Assembly: GCA_910592345.1 (NCBI GenBank)
Contig: CAJVPI010000325.1
Span: 1-35,312, forward strand
Length of the DNA stretch: 35,312 nucleotides
Direction of reading: 5' to 3'
Origin: Paraglomus brasilianum
Lineage: Eukaryota
Shown here: piece by piece, positions 12,160-22,366 of the stretch
How positions within the stretch are numbered: the first letter of the stretch is position 1
Layout of the letters: every line of letters begins with the position of its first letter
Made by a program: the position numbers and the translations under genes
Notes under the pieces: model-generated
Database searches by the model: none
Told to the model about the DNA's origin: nothing
The model's input: the letters and a program-made list of their open reading frames with translations, nothing else

Positions 12160-13260
12160 CTATTCAACCGCGTTAGCAAACGCTTTATAAGTTAAGTGCT
12201 TGTTTGGTCCATTTAATCAACTCTTCATTAAAAAACGTATACTAGAACGCTAGCCAACGTTTAAAATAAACGCACGACAGTTATCTGCGTTTATAATTGT
12301 ACACATTCATAGTACGTGGGTATTCAGTCCGCGTCGGATCTACACGATAGTTAAACGTGTATGCTGGATTTACATTAGTGTGTGAAATTGTTTGATGCGC
12401 GGCTTGCGTTCTATAACAATTACGAGTGTATGAAATTGTTCAGCAAGCGCTTAATTTGTACGCGGGTTAAGTGTAGACGTTGAATTGACATTACAAGTGT
12501 TTACGTAATGGATCTACACGATCGTTAAACGTGTATGCTGGATTTACATTGAAATTGTTTAATGCACAGTTGAACGCACGCTTATAAAGCGCTTGCGTTC
12601 GATAACAATTGAAATTGTTCAGCAAGCGCTTAATTTGTACGCAGGTTAAGCGTAGACGTTGGATTGACATTAGAAGTGTTTACATAATGCTTAGTATTAG
12701 TCTGCGTTGGATCTACACGACCGTTAAACGTATATACTAGATTTACATTATAGAAATGTGTGGAATTGTTTAAACGCACGTCGTCGATACAAATGTAGGA
12801 AATTCGATAAGCAAGCGTTCAATCGTATGCAGATTAAACATGGGCACTGGATTGTAATTACAAATGACTACAAATTGCTTAGTCTACATTAGGACTACAT
12901 GGCAGTTAAACGTATGCTGGATTGAGATTACAAAGTGTGTGAAGTTGTTTAATGAAAATACAATGGACGAGACATGTAGACTGTTTACACGGCCATTTGT
13001 GCTTTTGTTCATAAGAAATCAATTAACACTTGAATGCTTAAACTGTGAGACTAGTTTTACAGGAATCATATACAATATCAGTCAGAAATATTATTAAAGT
13101 ATTTGAAACGCTTGATGAATCGCCTAATAAGCGTTTGCAGAAACCACACGTTTATGCGCGTCTAGATTAATGCGTTTAAGTGCTCGGGTAGCTGTTGACT
13201 AGTAATCCTTGACAAAACGCGTCATAAGCATTTGCAGAATTTACACGCTTATGCATATTA
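12160..13260. repeat. Complex tandem repeat with ~175-200 bp units
   Basis: GGATCTACACGA(n)GTTAAACGT recurs at 12336, 12510 and 12709, degenerate at 12892. GAAATTGTTCAGCAAGCGCTTAATTTGTACGC at 12432 and 12611. A separate duplicated CTTGA...ATAAGCxTTTGCAGAA...ACACG at 13111 and 13208. Confidence 0.9.
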
Positions 13261-13262
13261 AT

Positions 13263-13800
13263 CTATTTTTGATGCAATAAAAAAATAATGTACAACATGC
13301 AACAAAGACAACATGCAACCAAAAAACAAAGCATATTTAGTTGAGGCTCAACAGCTTCCATTCTTTGCTGTTGAGGCCTACGAGCTTCAACAAGCGCACC
13401 ATTCATAGTCCGAGCCCTAAACACCAATTCTTTAATATCCTCAACTATCGTACTTTCGTACGATAGTTCTATTGGGTTAGGGCTCGTGTCCGCTTCCTCC
13501 CTTGCGCTTCTATCAAATTTTTCCTCCGAGTCATCGTCTCTGGAGGTCACAACGATCCCCGCAATGCAACGGTGATATTCAGCTCGTCTAGCAAGTAACC
13601 CACCGACCTTATTAATAATAATGATATTTAGAATTTCATAATTTATCAATATTTTGTATATACATAGTTTTTGCTAAAAAAATTTTCATGTTGTAAATAA
13701 ATCTTACCGATATTTTTTGCGTGGTTTTTACATTGGATAACCACTACGCAACCCATATAAAAGACGAGCATATCCGCACCCCCGTCTCCAGATTTCATTC
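13263..13800 (-). pseudogene. Mrr-like PD-(D/E)XK nuclease with hydrophobic C-terminal tail; exons 13708-13800 and 13263-13607
   Basis: Exon A reads MKSGDGGADMLVFYMGCVVVIQCKNHAKNI (Mrr-type GDGGxD...IQCK). Exon B reads GGLLARR...IAGIVVTS...FDRSAREEADTSPNPIEL...LCFLVACCLCCMLYIIFLL. The exons join out of frame at the visible splice sites. Confidence 0.75.
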
Positions 13801-13855
13801 CTAGAATTAAGAAATATTAATGAGTAAATGTATCATCATGGTTAAGACCAATTTA

Positions 13856-14229
13856 AGAACGTTCACAGCATAAGCTGTGCCTCGATGCGCTTTCAATTCA
13901 AATGGTCAATGTATCCTATTCACCACGCCCGTGAACCTCACTGGCGGCTTTGTCGACAACGGAGAAGAACGCTCACAACCAGCAAATTATCATATCAAAG
14001 TGTCTTAATGTATCCTATTCACCACACCCGTGAACCTCACTGGCGGCTTCGTCGGATACGGGAATCGATATGTATATACACCCCACTGTGCTCACCGAAA
14101 CCCGAATTTACACCCAGTGGCAGCGTAACTTCAGATACTACACTAGATTATGATAATTCACGGATTGTGGCCTCGATGCGCTTTCAATTCCGATATTTTA
14201 CGTCCAAGTGGCAGCGTAACTTCAGATAC
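13856..14229 (+). repeat. Interleaved short direct duplications (scrambled gene relic)
   Basis: 43-bp block at 13908 and 14007 (1 mismatch), 21-bp block at 13879 and 14170, 23-bp block at 14116 and 14207. Confidence 0.85.
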
Positions 14230-14639
14230 AATAACCATTTAATAAGATACTCAGTGAAACTTACCCGTCCGCCACTCCACTTCATAACCCGCTTCAACCC
14301 GAATTATATATATCTTTTTTTCAAATTCGAGTCCTTTTTGGTTTGGGCTTGACATGACTTAATTATAATGTTAAAATAAACCAAGTTAATATAAAATATA
14401 CGCAAGTTATATCGTGTACATAATAAAATGGTTATACCTTTGATTTTAGCGAAAAATATCCAAATGAGCTGTTATTTTCAAAAGAGAGAAGTTAGATAGA
14501 TTCATTTCGATGAACGTTGGTTATTATTAAAAGTAGACAATGAGATTAATTAAACCAAATAAGGTATCTACTCACAAAAGTCAATTGAATCAGTCTCTAT
14601 CTCAAAGGTTATATAATTTGATGAATGTCTGGCTTGTAA

Positions 14640-15869
14640 AGATCTAGAAAGTTCCTAATATGTCCTGATTCTGACCAAGCAGTTCTATAAAAGTAAAATA
14701 AAAATCAGTCTCATCATTTTTATGTTGTAAATGAAAGACATATCATACCATTCCTAAACTGCTCCATTGCTGCTAGTACTAGAGCAGTTTGAGCATCTGG
14801 CCTTGGTGAACCCCTCATCTACTTCTTCACCATGATTGTCACTTGCATGGTTGTTCACATTGAGACTGGGAGCAGCAATTGTTGGGGGAAGCAGCATCAT
14901 CCCAATCAATTAGAAACCATTTTGATGGTACAAACTCACCAGGCAGCTTCATAACCAGTGGATGTCCTGATGGTAAATGGGTTTGAATTTATTGTCATCA
15001 TGCATAACCATCATAACTGAATAATTTTTATGTTATAACTGTAAATATTTTAAAATACTTACTGCAAGAGCCTCCAAAACACATATCACAGCATCAAGAA
15101 CTTCATTCACATATTTTGGGTGAGTAGGAATTCCTTTTGGTTGAAGATATACCACATATTCATTATTAATGCTGTCATTGACAAAAATGTATGAATAAAT
15201 GAATGGGGGTACACAGAAAAGAATGAGAGATCAAATAGATGGACGAAATAAATATACAATGATATGATAACATGCACTAGTCTATCTTTCAAACTGTTCA
15301 CATCATGGCCTTCACTCTGGCAAGACCACAACATTCAAACTATTCTCCCTCCATTGTTCCTACTCTAGTTAACCCAAATGCATAAATAATATGTCTCTTC
15401 TTTCCTCCCAGTTAATCTGTTGAAAGAGTTTACGTCTTATAATACAAGAAACCCATCTCTTCTATGTATGAAAACTATGACTGCTCTACCCTGTGTGCAG
15501 CATCATGAACCAAAAAAGTTCACTCTAGCTATATACTGTAACGTCTTCCCAATAAAACTATGTTACAACCATATTATGTCTACTCTACCCTATGTACACA
15601 CTTACTCTATGTCCCCAATGCCCGAGTCACAAAGTCGTTATCACTAACTTCCTTTTTTCGACGTCCCAGCGCTCCGCCTTCCCACTCCCTGTCTGTTACG
15701 TACCTCGGACGACGACTTTGAGTGGGTTTCTTGCGGTAGGACCAAAGGTTCTGTCCACCGAACAATCTGGCTCCAGATTCAGGTCATCTCCGCCAAAACT
15801 GACTTTAACCGGTTTGCTCTCACCGTATCTTGACCCATATGTTGAAAGGTAGTGAGTGGCCTGGGCCAT
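14640..15869 (-). pseudogene. Crinkler (CRN)-like N-terminal domain plus protein kinase pseudogene
   Basis: First exon 15704-15869 reads YGESKPVKVSFGGDD...LEPDCSVDRTFGPTARNPLKVVVR. Kinase part reads VVYLQPKGIPTHPKYVNEVLDAVICVLEALA|..MHDDNKFKPIYHQDIHW*..KWFLIDWDDAA..DNHGEEVD..RPDAQTAL, with stops and deletions. Confidence 0.75.
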
Positions 15870-15968
15870 GGGCAAAGAAAAATTTTATATGGAGCGATTT
15901 GATCAGTTGCTTAATCAATGACGTATTATTAGGAACTTTCTAGACCTTTCACATTGTTCCCCTGTATA

Positions 15969-16047
15969 TTGACCACTACGATGACCAACAGAATCGACGC
16001 GTTGACCACTACGATGACCAACAGAATTGATGCGTTGACCAACAGAA
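15969..16047 (+). repeat. 33-bp coding tandem repeat (2 full units plus a partial)
   Basis: TTGACCACTACGATGACCAACAGAAT(C/T)GA(C/T)GCG at 15969 and 16002, partial copy at 16035. Confidence 0.95.
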
Positions 16048-16406
16048 ACATGTATGTTTTTTTTGTAAGTAATGATTGTACTTATATTTTAGGGATACAA
16101 GAAATCTTGCACGCGTATTAAATTCGCGTATAACCGCTCCAGATACGACACTGGAAGTCGTTTCAGATAAGACTGGCAATATGCCACAAACTTACCCACA
16201 AACAATTGCCACGCTTCGCGCAATGACACGTATGTATCCTAGCACAATCTGAACTTTATAATAATTAAAATTATTTTACTAAACTAATCATTTATAAAGG
16301 TCAAAACATAGACGCGCTCTTAACCTTTTACCAACTCCCAACTACTGGAACAGTTGAAAATAGACGCATACGCCTTGCGAAACACTTAGGAATTCGGCTG
16401 TTGTAA
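15969..16406 (+). CDS. Small Mug135-C-like protein with 11-aa coiled-coil repeats; 5' end damaged or uncertain; introns 16052-16092 and 16230-16299
   Basis: Spliced frame is open: LTTTMTNRIDA LTTTMTNRIDA LTNRNM|DTRNLARVLNSRITAPDTTLEVVSDKTGNMPQTYPQTIATLRAMT|RQNIDALLTFYQLPTTGTVENRRIRLAKHLGIRLL*. First usable ATG at 15981. The upstream ATG at 15889 meets TGA after 10 codons. Confidence 0.7.
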
Positions 16407-16918
16407 TCGGGTAGACGTCTCATTACTATTCTCCTTCGTTCTACATAAGTTGAAAATTTACATGGCTGGTTCTTTATGAGCTACTTACTTAATAAAGATC
16501 TTTTCAAATTGGACATCCCTACTAAAGTGAACCGTATCCGATTTATAATTGATTATATCGCCATGGCATGAAGATCGAATCGGTAAACCAAGCTGTATAA
16601 GGACTATCGTACACGGTGCGGAGCTAGTGGTGAGAAACTGTCCGGTAGTATTATTCTTGAGTTGAACGCAAACGAGCAGGTGGCGGAAAACGAAGAATTG
16701 CAGTATACCTTTAATCGATCTAGAATTTCCAACACTTTGCAAGATAACTCGTCAATGGATATTCCCTGCAACCAAAAACACATAATTGTCCCGGCATCTG
16801 CTTTAACTGTAAAGAAACACCAGAAATGTATCCCATCAACCAGAAAAATAGAATTAACTCCATCCAATATATTACCCGCTCCTACTTTACAGATGAGATA
16901 CGAGAACGACCGGGGGAT

Positions 16919-17241
16919 GTTACCAGATTTAACTTCGTGCTACCGCCATTATTACGGTAGTTGACTAAATTTAAATCTACAAGTGACCTATTTTGTATAA
17001 TTAAATTGTGCGCTTTTTAACTCCTATTCGAGCTTCAGTCACTCATTATCCAAATAAGGGTACTCATGATAGAATAATAACAACAATTATTCTACCGCAG
17101 AATCGAAGGGGAATAAAATCTATTTAATATTTAAACAGGGCCATCTCCGATTTGGTGTTTCGACTAGTCGGGTTCTGTCACTTGCCTCTTAATAAGCTAA
17201 TTAAACGATATTTGCTTCAATAAATAATTATTGGCTCTCGT
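16919..17241 (-). mobile_element. Dispersed Helitron-like repeat copy
   Basis: Colinear with 34589-34902: CAAGTGACCTATTTT, CAAATAAGGGTAC, ATAGAATAATAACAACAATTATTCTA, AGAATCGAAGGGGAATAA, TTAAACAGGGC, CGACTAGTCGG, CTAATTAAAC, CTCTCGT. Confidence 0.8.
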
Positions 17242-17568
17242 TCCTCAATTAAGAGGACAACGTTTACAGCTTAAATGAGTCGTTTATGGACGTTTACAGC
17301 TTGACCGAGCCGTTTATTAGTGTGTCCGGTCAAATAATTAATATTTCAACGATAAAATTTGATGTCCAAGGGCGATTTTCTTCAACAACGAACAATATTA
17401 TAAGAAGCAATTATCGAAGGAGGACATGTCTTTGAACGATAGTCAAATTTTATTAGACAATACTGAGGGTAACTATAGTTATGCTGACTTATAAAGACAG
17501 CTTCATTATAATTAGTGTACCTATGGCCACGATTTGCAAGTTTGTCCACAAGTCATGGAAATATGATA

Positions 17569-17764
17569 CAGTCAACCCTCTTTATAGTCACACCCTCTAT
17601 AAGCACATCATATAAAAACCTCTTTATAAGCACACCATGTTTGAGAACCAATTACTATTGAACTTATAGGAAAAACCCTCTATATAGTCACAACCTCTTT
17701 ATAAGCACATTTTCAACAAAAGTTGCATTGTTCCCGACAGCGTGACTATAGAGAGGGTTGACTG
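17569..17764. mobile_element. 196-bp MITE, Tc1/mariner superfamily (pogo/Tigger-like ends)
   Basis: 25-bp TIRs CAGTCAACCCTCT(T/C)TATAGTCAC(A/G)C with 2 mismatches, TA on both flanks, and internal copies of CCTCT(T)TATAAGCACA. Confidence 0.93.
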
Positions 17765-18259
17765 TATATGGATGCATACAACAAGAAATTCTGGACAGTG
17801 TGGAGGGATAGCAGAGAAAAATATGTTGCGTATAATGTATCACACAAAGTCTTATTCGCAGTAGCAGGCCGTACCGCGTAAAACTTTGCATAAATTCTGA
17901 GACCCGCGTGGTGAACTTTGATGTGTTTATGTATTAGTAACTAATACTTGCATTAATATCACATTGAAAAAAGTCGGTACGTTGAAGAGAAAGGTTGCTA
18001 TAATAAAAAGACCCGCACTGCCACCCCGAAAGTACTCAGGATATACTGTACGTACGTAGATTGCAGATTGTAATGAAGTCATAAATAGATTGTTACGAAA
18101 CCCATGTTTTCAACCATTGGTTCCAGATCTCGGCACGATATTTTCACAATCTTGTCTACTATATCGTTGCAAGCGCGTACAGACGTAACTACGACCCGAG
18201 ATCGCTGCCACTTCGTCAAAAATTCAAGATTTCTGTAAAGTGATAGAAGGATCTTAGGC

Positions 18260-18596
18260 GTTCGGTTATCATTGGTAACAATCTCCTTCAAAACTTTCAC
18301 CAAGTAATTGAGGCCGACCACTTTTTTGCTTACTATTACTGGCATTTCCGAGTACCATAACGCTGGATAGTTTTTTTTTACAGTATCACCTTAAACCCAA
18401 GAATTTTACCAATGTCTGATCTTTTGTGACCACCCTTGAAGACCAATAATTTGTGAGCGTTCAGTTATTGTTAGTTCACGATTTGCTCCCAAATTAATGA
18501 TTTCATAATGTAATAGTAATAGTAATGTCAGTTTTATTTTAAAAAATTTCCCAAATAATGTTTAACATTAATAAACAAACTTTTGTCCGGGAAGTG
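18260..18596 (-). mobile_element. Truncated Tc1-like transposon: 5' TIR plus transposase HTH relic
   Basis: Minus strand starts TA|CACTTCCCGGACAAAAGTTT (Tc1-type terminus). Frameshifted NRELTITERSQIIG..KGGHKRSDIGKILG..DTVKKTIQRY..KQKSGRPQLL..VLKEIVTNDNRT contains the paired-like HTH and the GRP motif. Confidence 0.75.
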
Positions 18597-18862
18597 TAGT
18601 TCTTAACATCTGCCACAGGCCTTTTCGATGGAATATTCCTAACCAGGTATTTCGAGATATACATCAAACTGCAAAACATGCTGTGACAGTACAGTGACCA
18701 GTCCATTGTTTTCCACGCATAAGATTAAAAAATGTTCGATTCTGTATTAGTATGTGCAACAACGTATGCTTGTCAATGGTTCCTAATTAGGACGTCATGT
18801 GAAAATTATATGTTGGTTGGTCCCTTGACGGACCAAGAGAATACTCAAGCAATGATACAGTC

Positions 18863-20357
18863 ATGAATGATCTTAATTTCGTCGATGCTACCTCTACTAC
18901 AGACTATTATACTCTAATCGTTGGTGGAACTTCTTTCAAGTTGTCTCCTACACTTTTAAGTTCCGATGAACCAAATTATTTCACCTACATGTTCTCGAAT
19001 ATGGAATCAAAGACTCTGTATATTGACAGAGATCCCGAAATCTTTAAAGACATAGTGAGTGGAGAGAGTTGTGCCTACTGTCTGACTATCATCAACATTT
19101 GCCTGTTAACCGACCTTGCTCTATTCTTTGTTCAATAACAGGTCAAATATTTACAAGGATACTGTGTCACTCCACGAGATGAGGTAGGTTTGCTTCACAG
19201 ACCAAAGGACAAGGGTACCGAGATCAAAAGTAGATAACTTATGCCCAGTACTTAATATAGATTCATTTTGCAGATTTACTCGTTGACGCTATGTACTATA
19301 ACTTAACCAAGCTGATAACACACTTGCGTAGCGTCTGCATTGTTAATGTCGGTGGCAAGATCTTTCGCCTAGAAAGGGAGATGCTTGAAAAACGCGATGC
19401 ACCGAATTTTTTTACGTCTATGGGTATTATACCATATTATGAGTAGTGATGCACGTTGATATTAGTATGAAACGTAAGAATACTAAGTTGCTCATGCAAA
19501 CAGGCTTTGGGCACGGATGGGAGCCGCCATGGGGAAGTTCGTTCATTCCGTTGGTTTCATTGGTTCCGGCCATGCCGCCACCCACGCTTGATCGCGATCC
19601 CGATACCTTCTCAGACATTGTTCGTTATCTTCGAGGATATGAAATCAATGTTAAAGATGAAGCGCACCGTCAAAATCTGCTCAACGATGCACGGTTTTAT
19701 CGCCTGAAGGGGCTTAGGGAAAAGCTACTCGCATCGAGCATAACAGTAAACGGTTTTGCAAACGGCAAACATAACCAAAATGAAGTTCTCTTCCGATTAA
19801 AGGATGTTCGACCGGCTAATGTTATATTGTCAGATGGTGATAATAACCTTCCCGCTTCTTTGACTCCGATTAAGTACAAGAGTAGAGAAGGGACTATATA
19901 TGTCTTACTTGTAGAGGCTTATAATTTTAATTTAATCTGTGAATACGGTCCGGTAACGCCGCCGGGACCAGGACAGAAAAGTTTCATACAGCCGACCCTT
20001 GGTCTGGTGTTTAATGAAAAGTATATACAAAAGCTTAAAGCCATTGCGAAGGCATTGAAGCTATCTGAGACTATTAACTTCGCAGCTCAGTCTTCCGAAT
20101 CATGCGCTTTTGAAATTGATGGTAGCAAAACGACATTAGAAGCGCTTTCGAACTTTGAACGACTAGGTCCTTTAGTAAAATCAAACGAGTTCGGTAATCG
20201 ATATTTACAACTTTATGTGTCAAGAAGTATCCTTCGATTATTTTCCAAGCAAGGTCAAATTGAGCTGCATCTTGTTAAATGTGAAGCGTTCAGTTCAGAG
20301 AGAGGATTTAACGTCAAACGGGAATTTTTATCTACTGATACCGGAATGGCTTTATAA
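18863..20357 (+). CDS. Tandem BTB/POZ (KCTD/T1-type) domain protein, 4 exons
   Basis: Two BTB units: LIVGGTSFKLS...PNYF...YIDRDPEIFKDI|VKYLQGY...DAMYYNL and VNVGGKIFRL...APNFF...LDRDPDTFSDIVRYLRGY...DARFYRLKGL. GT-AG introns keep frame. Confidence 0.9.
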
Positions 20358-22366
20358 TATATGTAAATTTACGAATATGTAAATAGCCCGCTACATGTCA
20401 ATAAATTAATTATTGTTTACAGCAAGTCTTTGAGAAAAAAAATCAAGGTACAACCATAGACGAAGGTGTGCTTTAACAACGGAACAGAATTTAAAACTGA
20501 CTTGGCTTTGATTCTGGTTCTGACATATTACCTGATTATTAACTCTGTTATTCACAAAGGTCATGAAAATGCTGCAAATAACCCGCAACTGCTTTTTTTA
20601 TTGTTCGCAGTTCACTGTAGCTACAAAGGAGTCGTTAAAACAAATATATTTTTTTGTTTATCTACTATTTAGAAAATTGGAAAAGTTTAGTAATGGATCA
20701 AGAGTGAAAACGAACAATATTGTTGTTGGTTATGAAGTCAGTGCCTGCTGACCGAACTGAATGAAGGAATAATTAAATTACAGAAGAAACGAATCGAATC
20801 GTTGAAATAGTAAGGTAAATGAAGGTAATGAGTAGATGTGGTTTAATAATAATCTCCTGAATGAGTTGAGAAGGGAGACATTATTAGAAAAATTATACAT
20901 TACTTGACGTGACATAAAACGTCAACATAATATTATGAAATATCAGTAAAGGAAGATACAGTAAATGGGGTTCATAGTAATACACAACCGTTTGGTTAAC
21001 TCAGAAACCAAGGGTGCTATTAGAGAGGAGGAACGTATATTCATCAGGTTGTATTATGTTCGCTCCTTTCTTAATCCTTTCTGCAGAATTCATGGTGCTA
21101 CGATTAGTCCAAAAACTGAAGGAGCTGATGGCAGAAGAACGCCCCGTGGGACCGATAGTGTATGGAGAGAGAGCCGGACGTAAAAGGCGATTGCGAAGAA
21201 TGTCTTCGTTAATACTTAGGATAAAGAACTTGGATTCCATGTCAGAGAGATTTCAAGCAAGTAACAAGTACGGCAATAATATTATATAGAGACTTGAACA
21301 AGTAATATCTGGAGATTTATAAGAAGGTCTCTATGGTTTGTGACGTGTACGCCTGTAGTTGACGCTCTAATGCTTTCATGTACAAGACCCGAGCTTGTCG
21401 TCTAACATAAATCACCCTTATATATGTATTTCTCTCTTTAAATTAAGCGCATCAAAGGGAGTCACATGGTCCTTTCCCCAATAAAACATATAACCATGTT
21501 TATCATCACAAGACTAAGTTGAATAAATAAAGACATACGAGAATAGGATTCAATATGTCGATTCAAATGGACAAAGCAAGTTCCAGCAAGAAATGAAACA
21601 GGTCACAAGTTGTGACGGCGTAAAGACATGTCTATATGTCTACATTTTATTTCCACAGCTTACCAACACCTTTGAATATTTTAATTTCATTGATTAGAAG
21701 GATTCCAGACTCCAAGTGTGTACTTCATTTTCATAAAACACATGCTTTCTTTAATTCATGGCTAAACTAATTTTAGTTCGGGAAGGCGGATATGGGCTCC
21801 GACAATCGAAAAGATCATCGTGTAAATAAAACCCATCTATGTCGATCTTTGTTTGTGCTTGAGATGTTACACGAACGATTGTAATTTTACTATTATTGGC
21901 ATAAAACGAACGTGGAGTTTTTAGAAAAGATGAGACCACATCCTATAGAATTAATCCACGCCATTTAGAAGATTGTAATGCAGGTTCAGGCAGTAATTGC
22001 AGTTTCTAAATCTAGGGATTAACGCCACTTTTACTTTCATTGTTTGAAATAAACCGGTAAGTAATAGTAATCGAGAGAAAAATTAGAATATTATACACTA
22101 GAATGTTACACAACGTTACAAAGCAGATATTCTGCAAAGAATGCGATTATGATTCATTTTATTAAGCATAATAAATTATGATATGCCTTGAATATTGGCG
22201 TTTACATCTTACTGACATCTCTGTCAAAGTCTGCTTCGCTCCTATCTTCGCTCGCGCTTTTCCTCTGACGTGATGCATATTTCGATTCTACATTAATTCA
22301 TGCCAACAATTTCAGTTCGATTCGCGAGTCCGAAATTTTGTTTGTAGGTTCACACTTTAAATAACG

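Noticed and set aside
12336..12950. CRISPR-like array
   Set aside because: Sequences between the motifs are themselves repeated, there are no unique spacers or cas genes, and the context is eukaryotic.
13760..13805. CTAG as a Helitron end
   Set aside because: No hairpin and not followed by T. It is the splice acceptor of the Mrr-like exon on the minus strand.
14643..14660. Resemblance to an FRT recombination site (TCTAGAAA, AAGTTCCTA)
   Set aside because: The arrangement does not match the 13-8-13 FRT layout, so the likeness is probably coincidental.
16230..16299. Possible U12-type intron (GTATCCT at 16234)
   Set aside because: Reads GTATCCTA rather than GTATCCTT, has no TCCTTAAC branch site, and the U2 donor at 16230 keeps frame.
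16500..16964. 100-aa plus-strand ORF (16662-16964)
   Set aside because: No motif, non-ATG start, and it runs into the Helitron-like repeat. Possibly a relic but unsupported.
20965..21400. Overlapping 72-91 aa ORFs on both strands
   Set aside because: No coherent spliced model or motif found.
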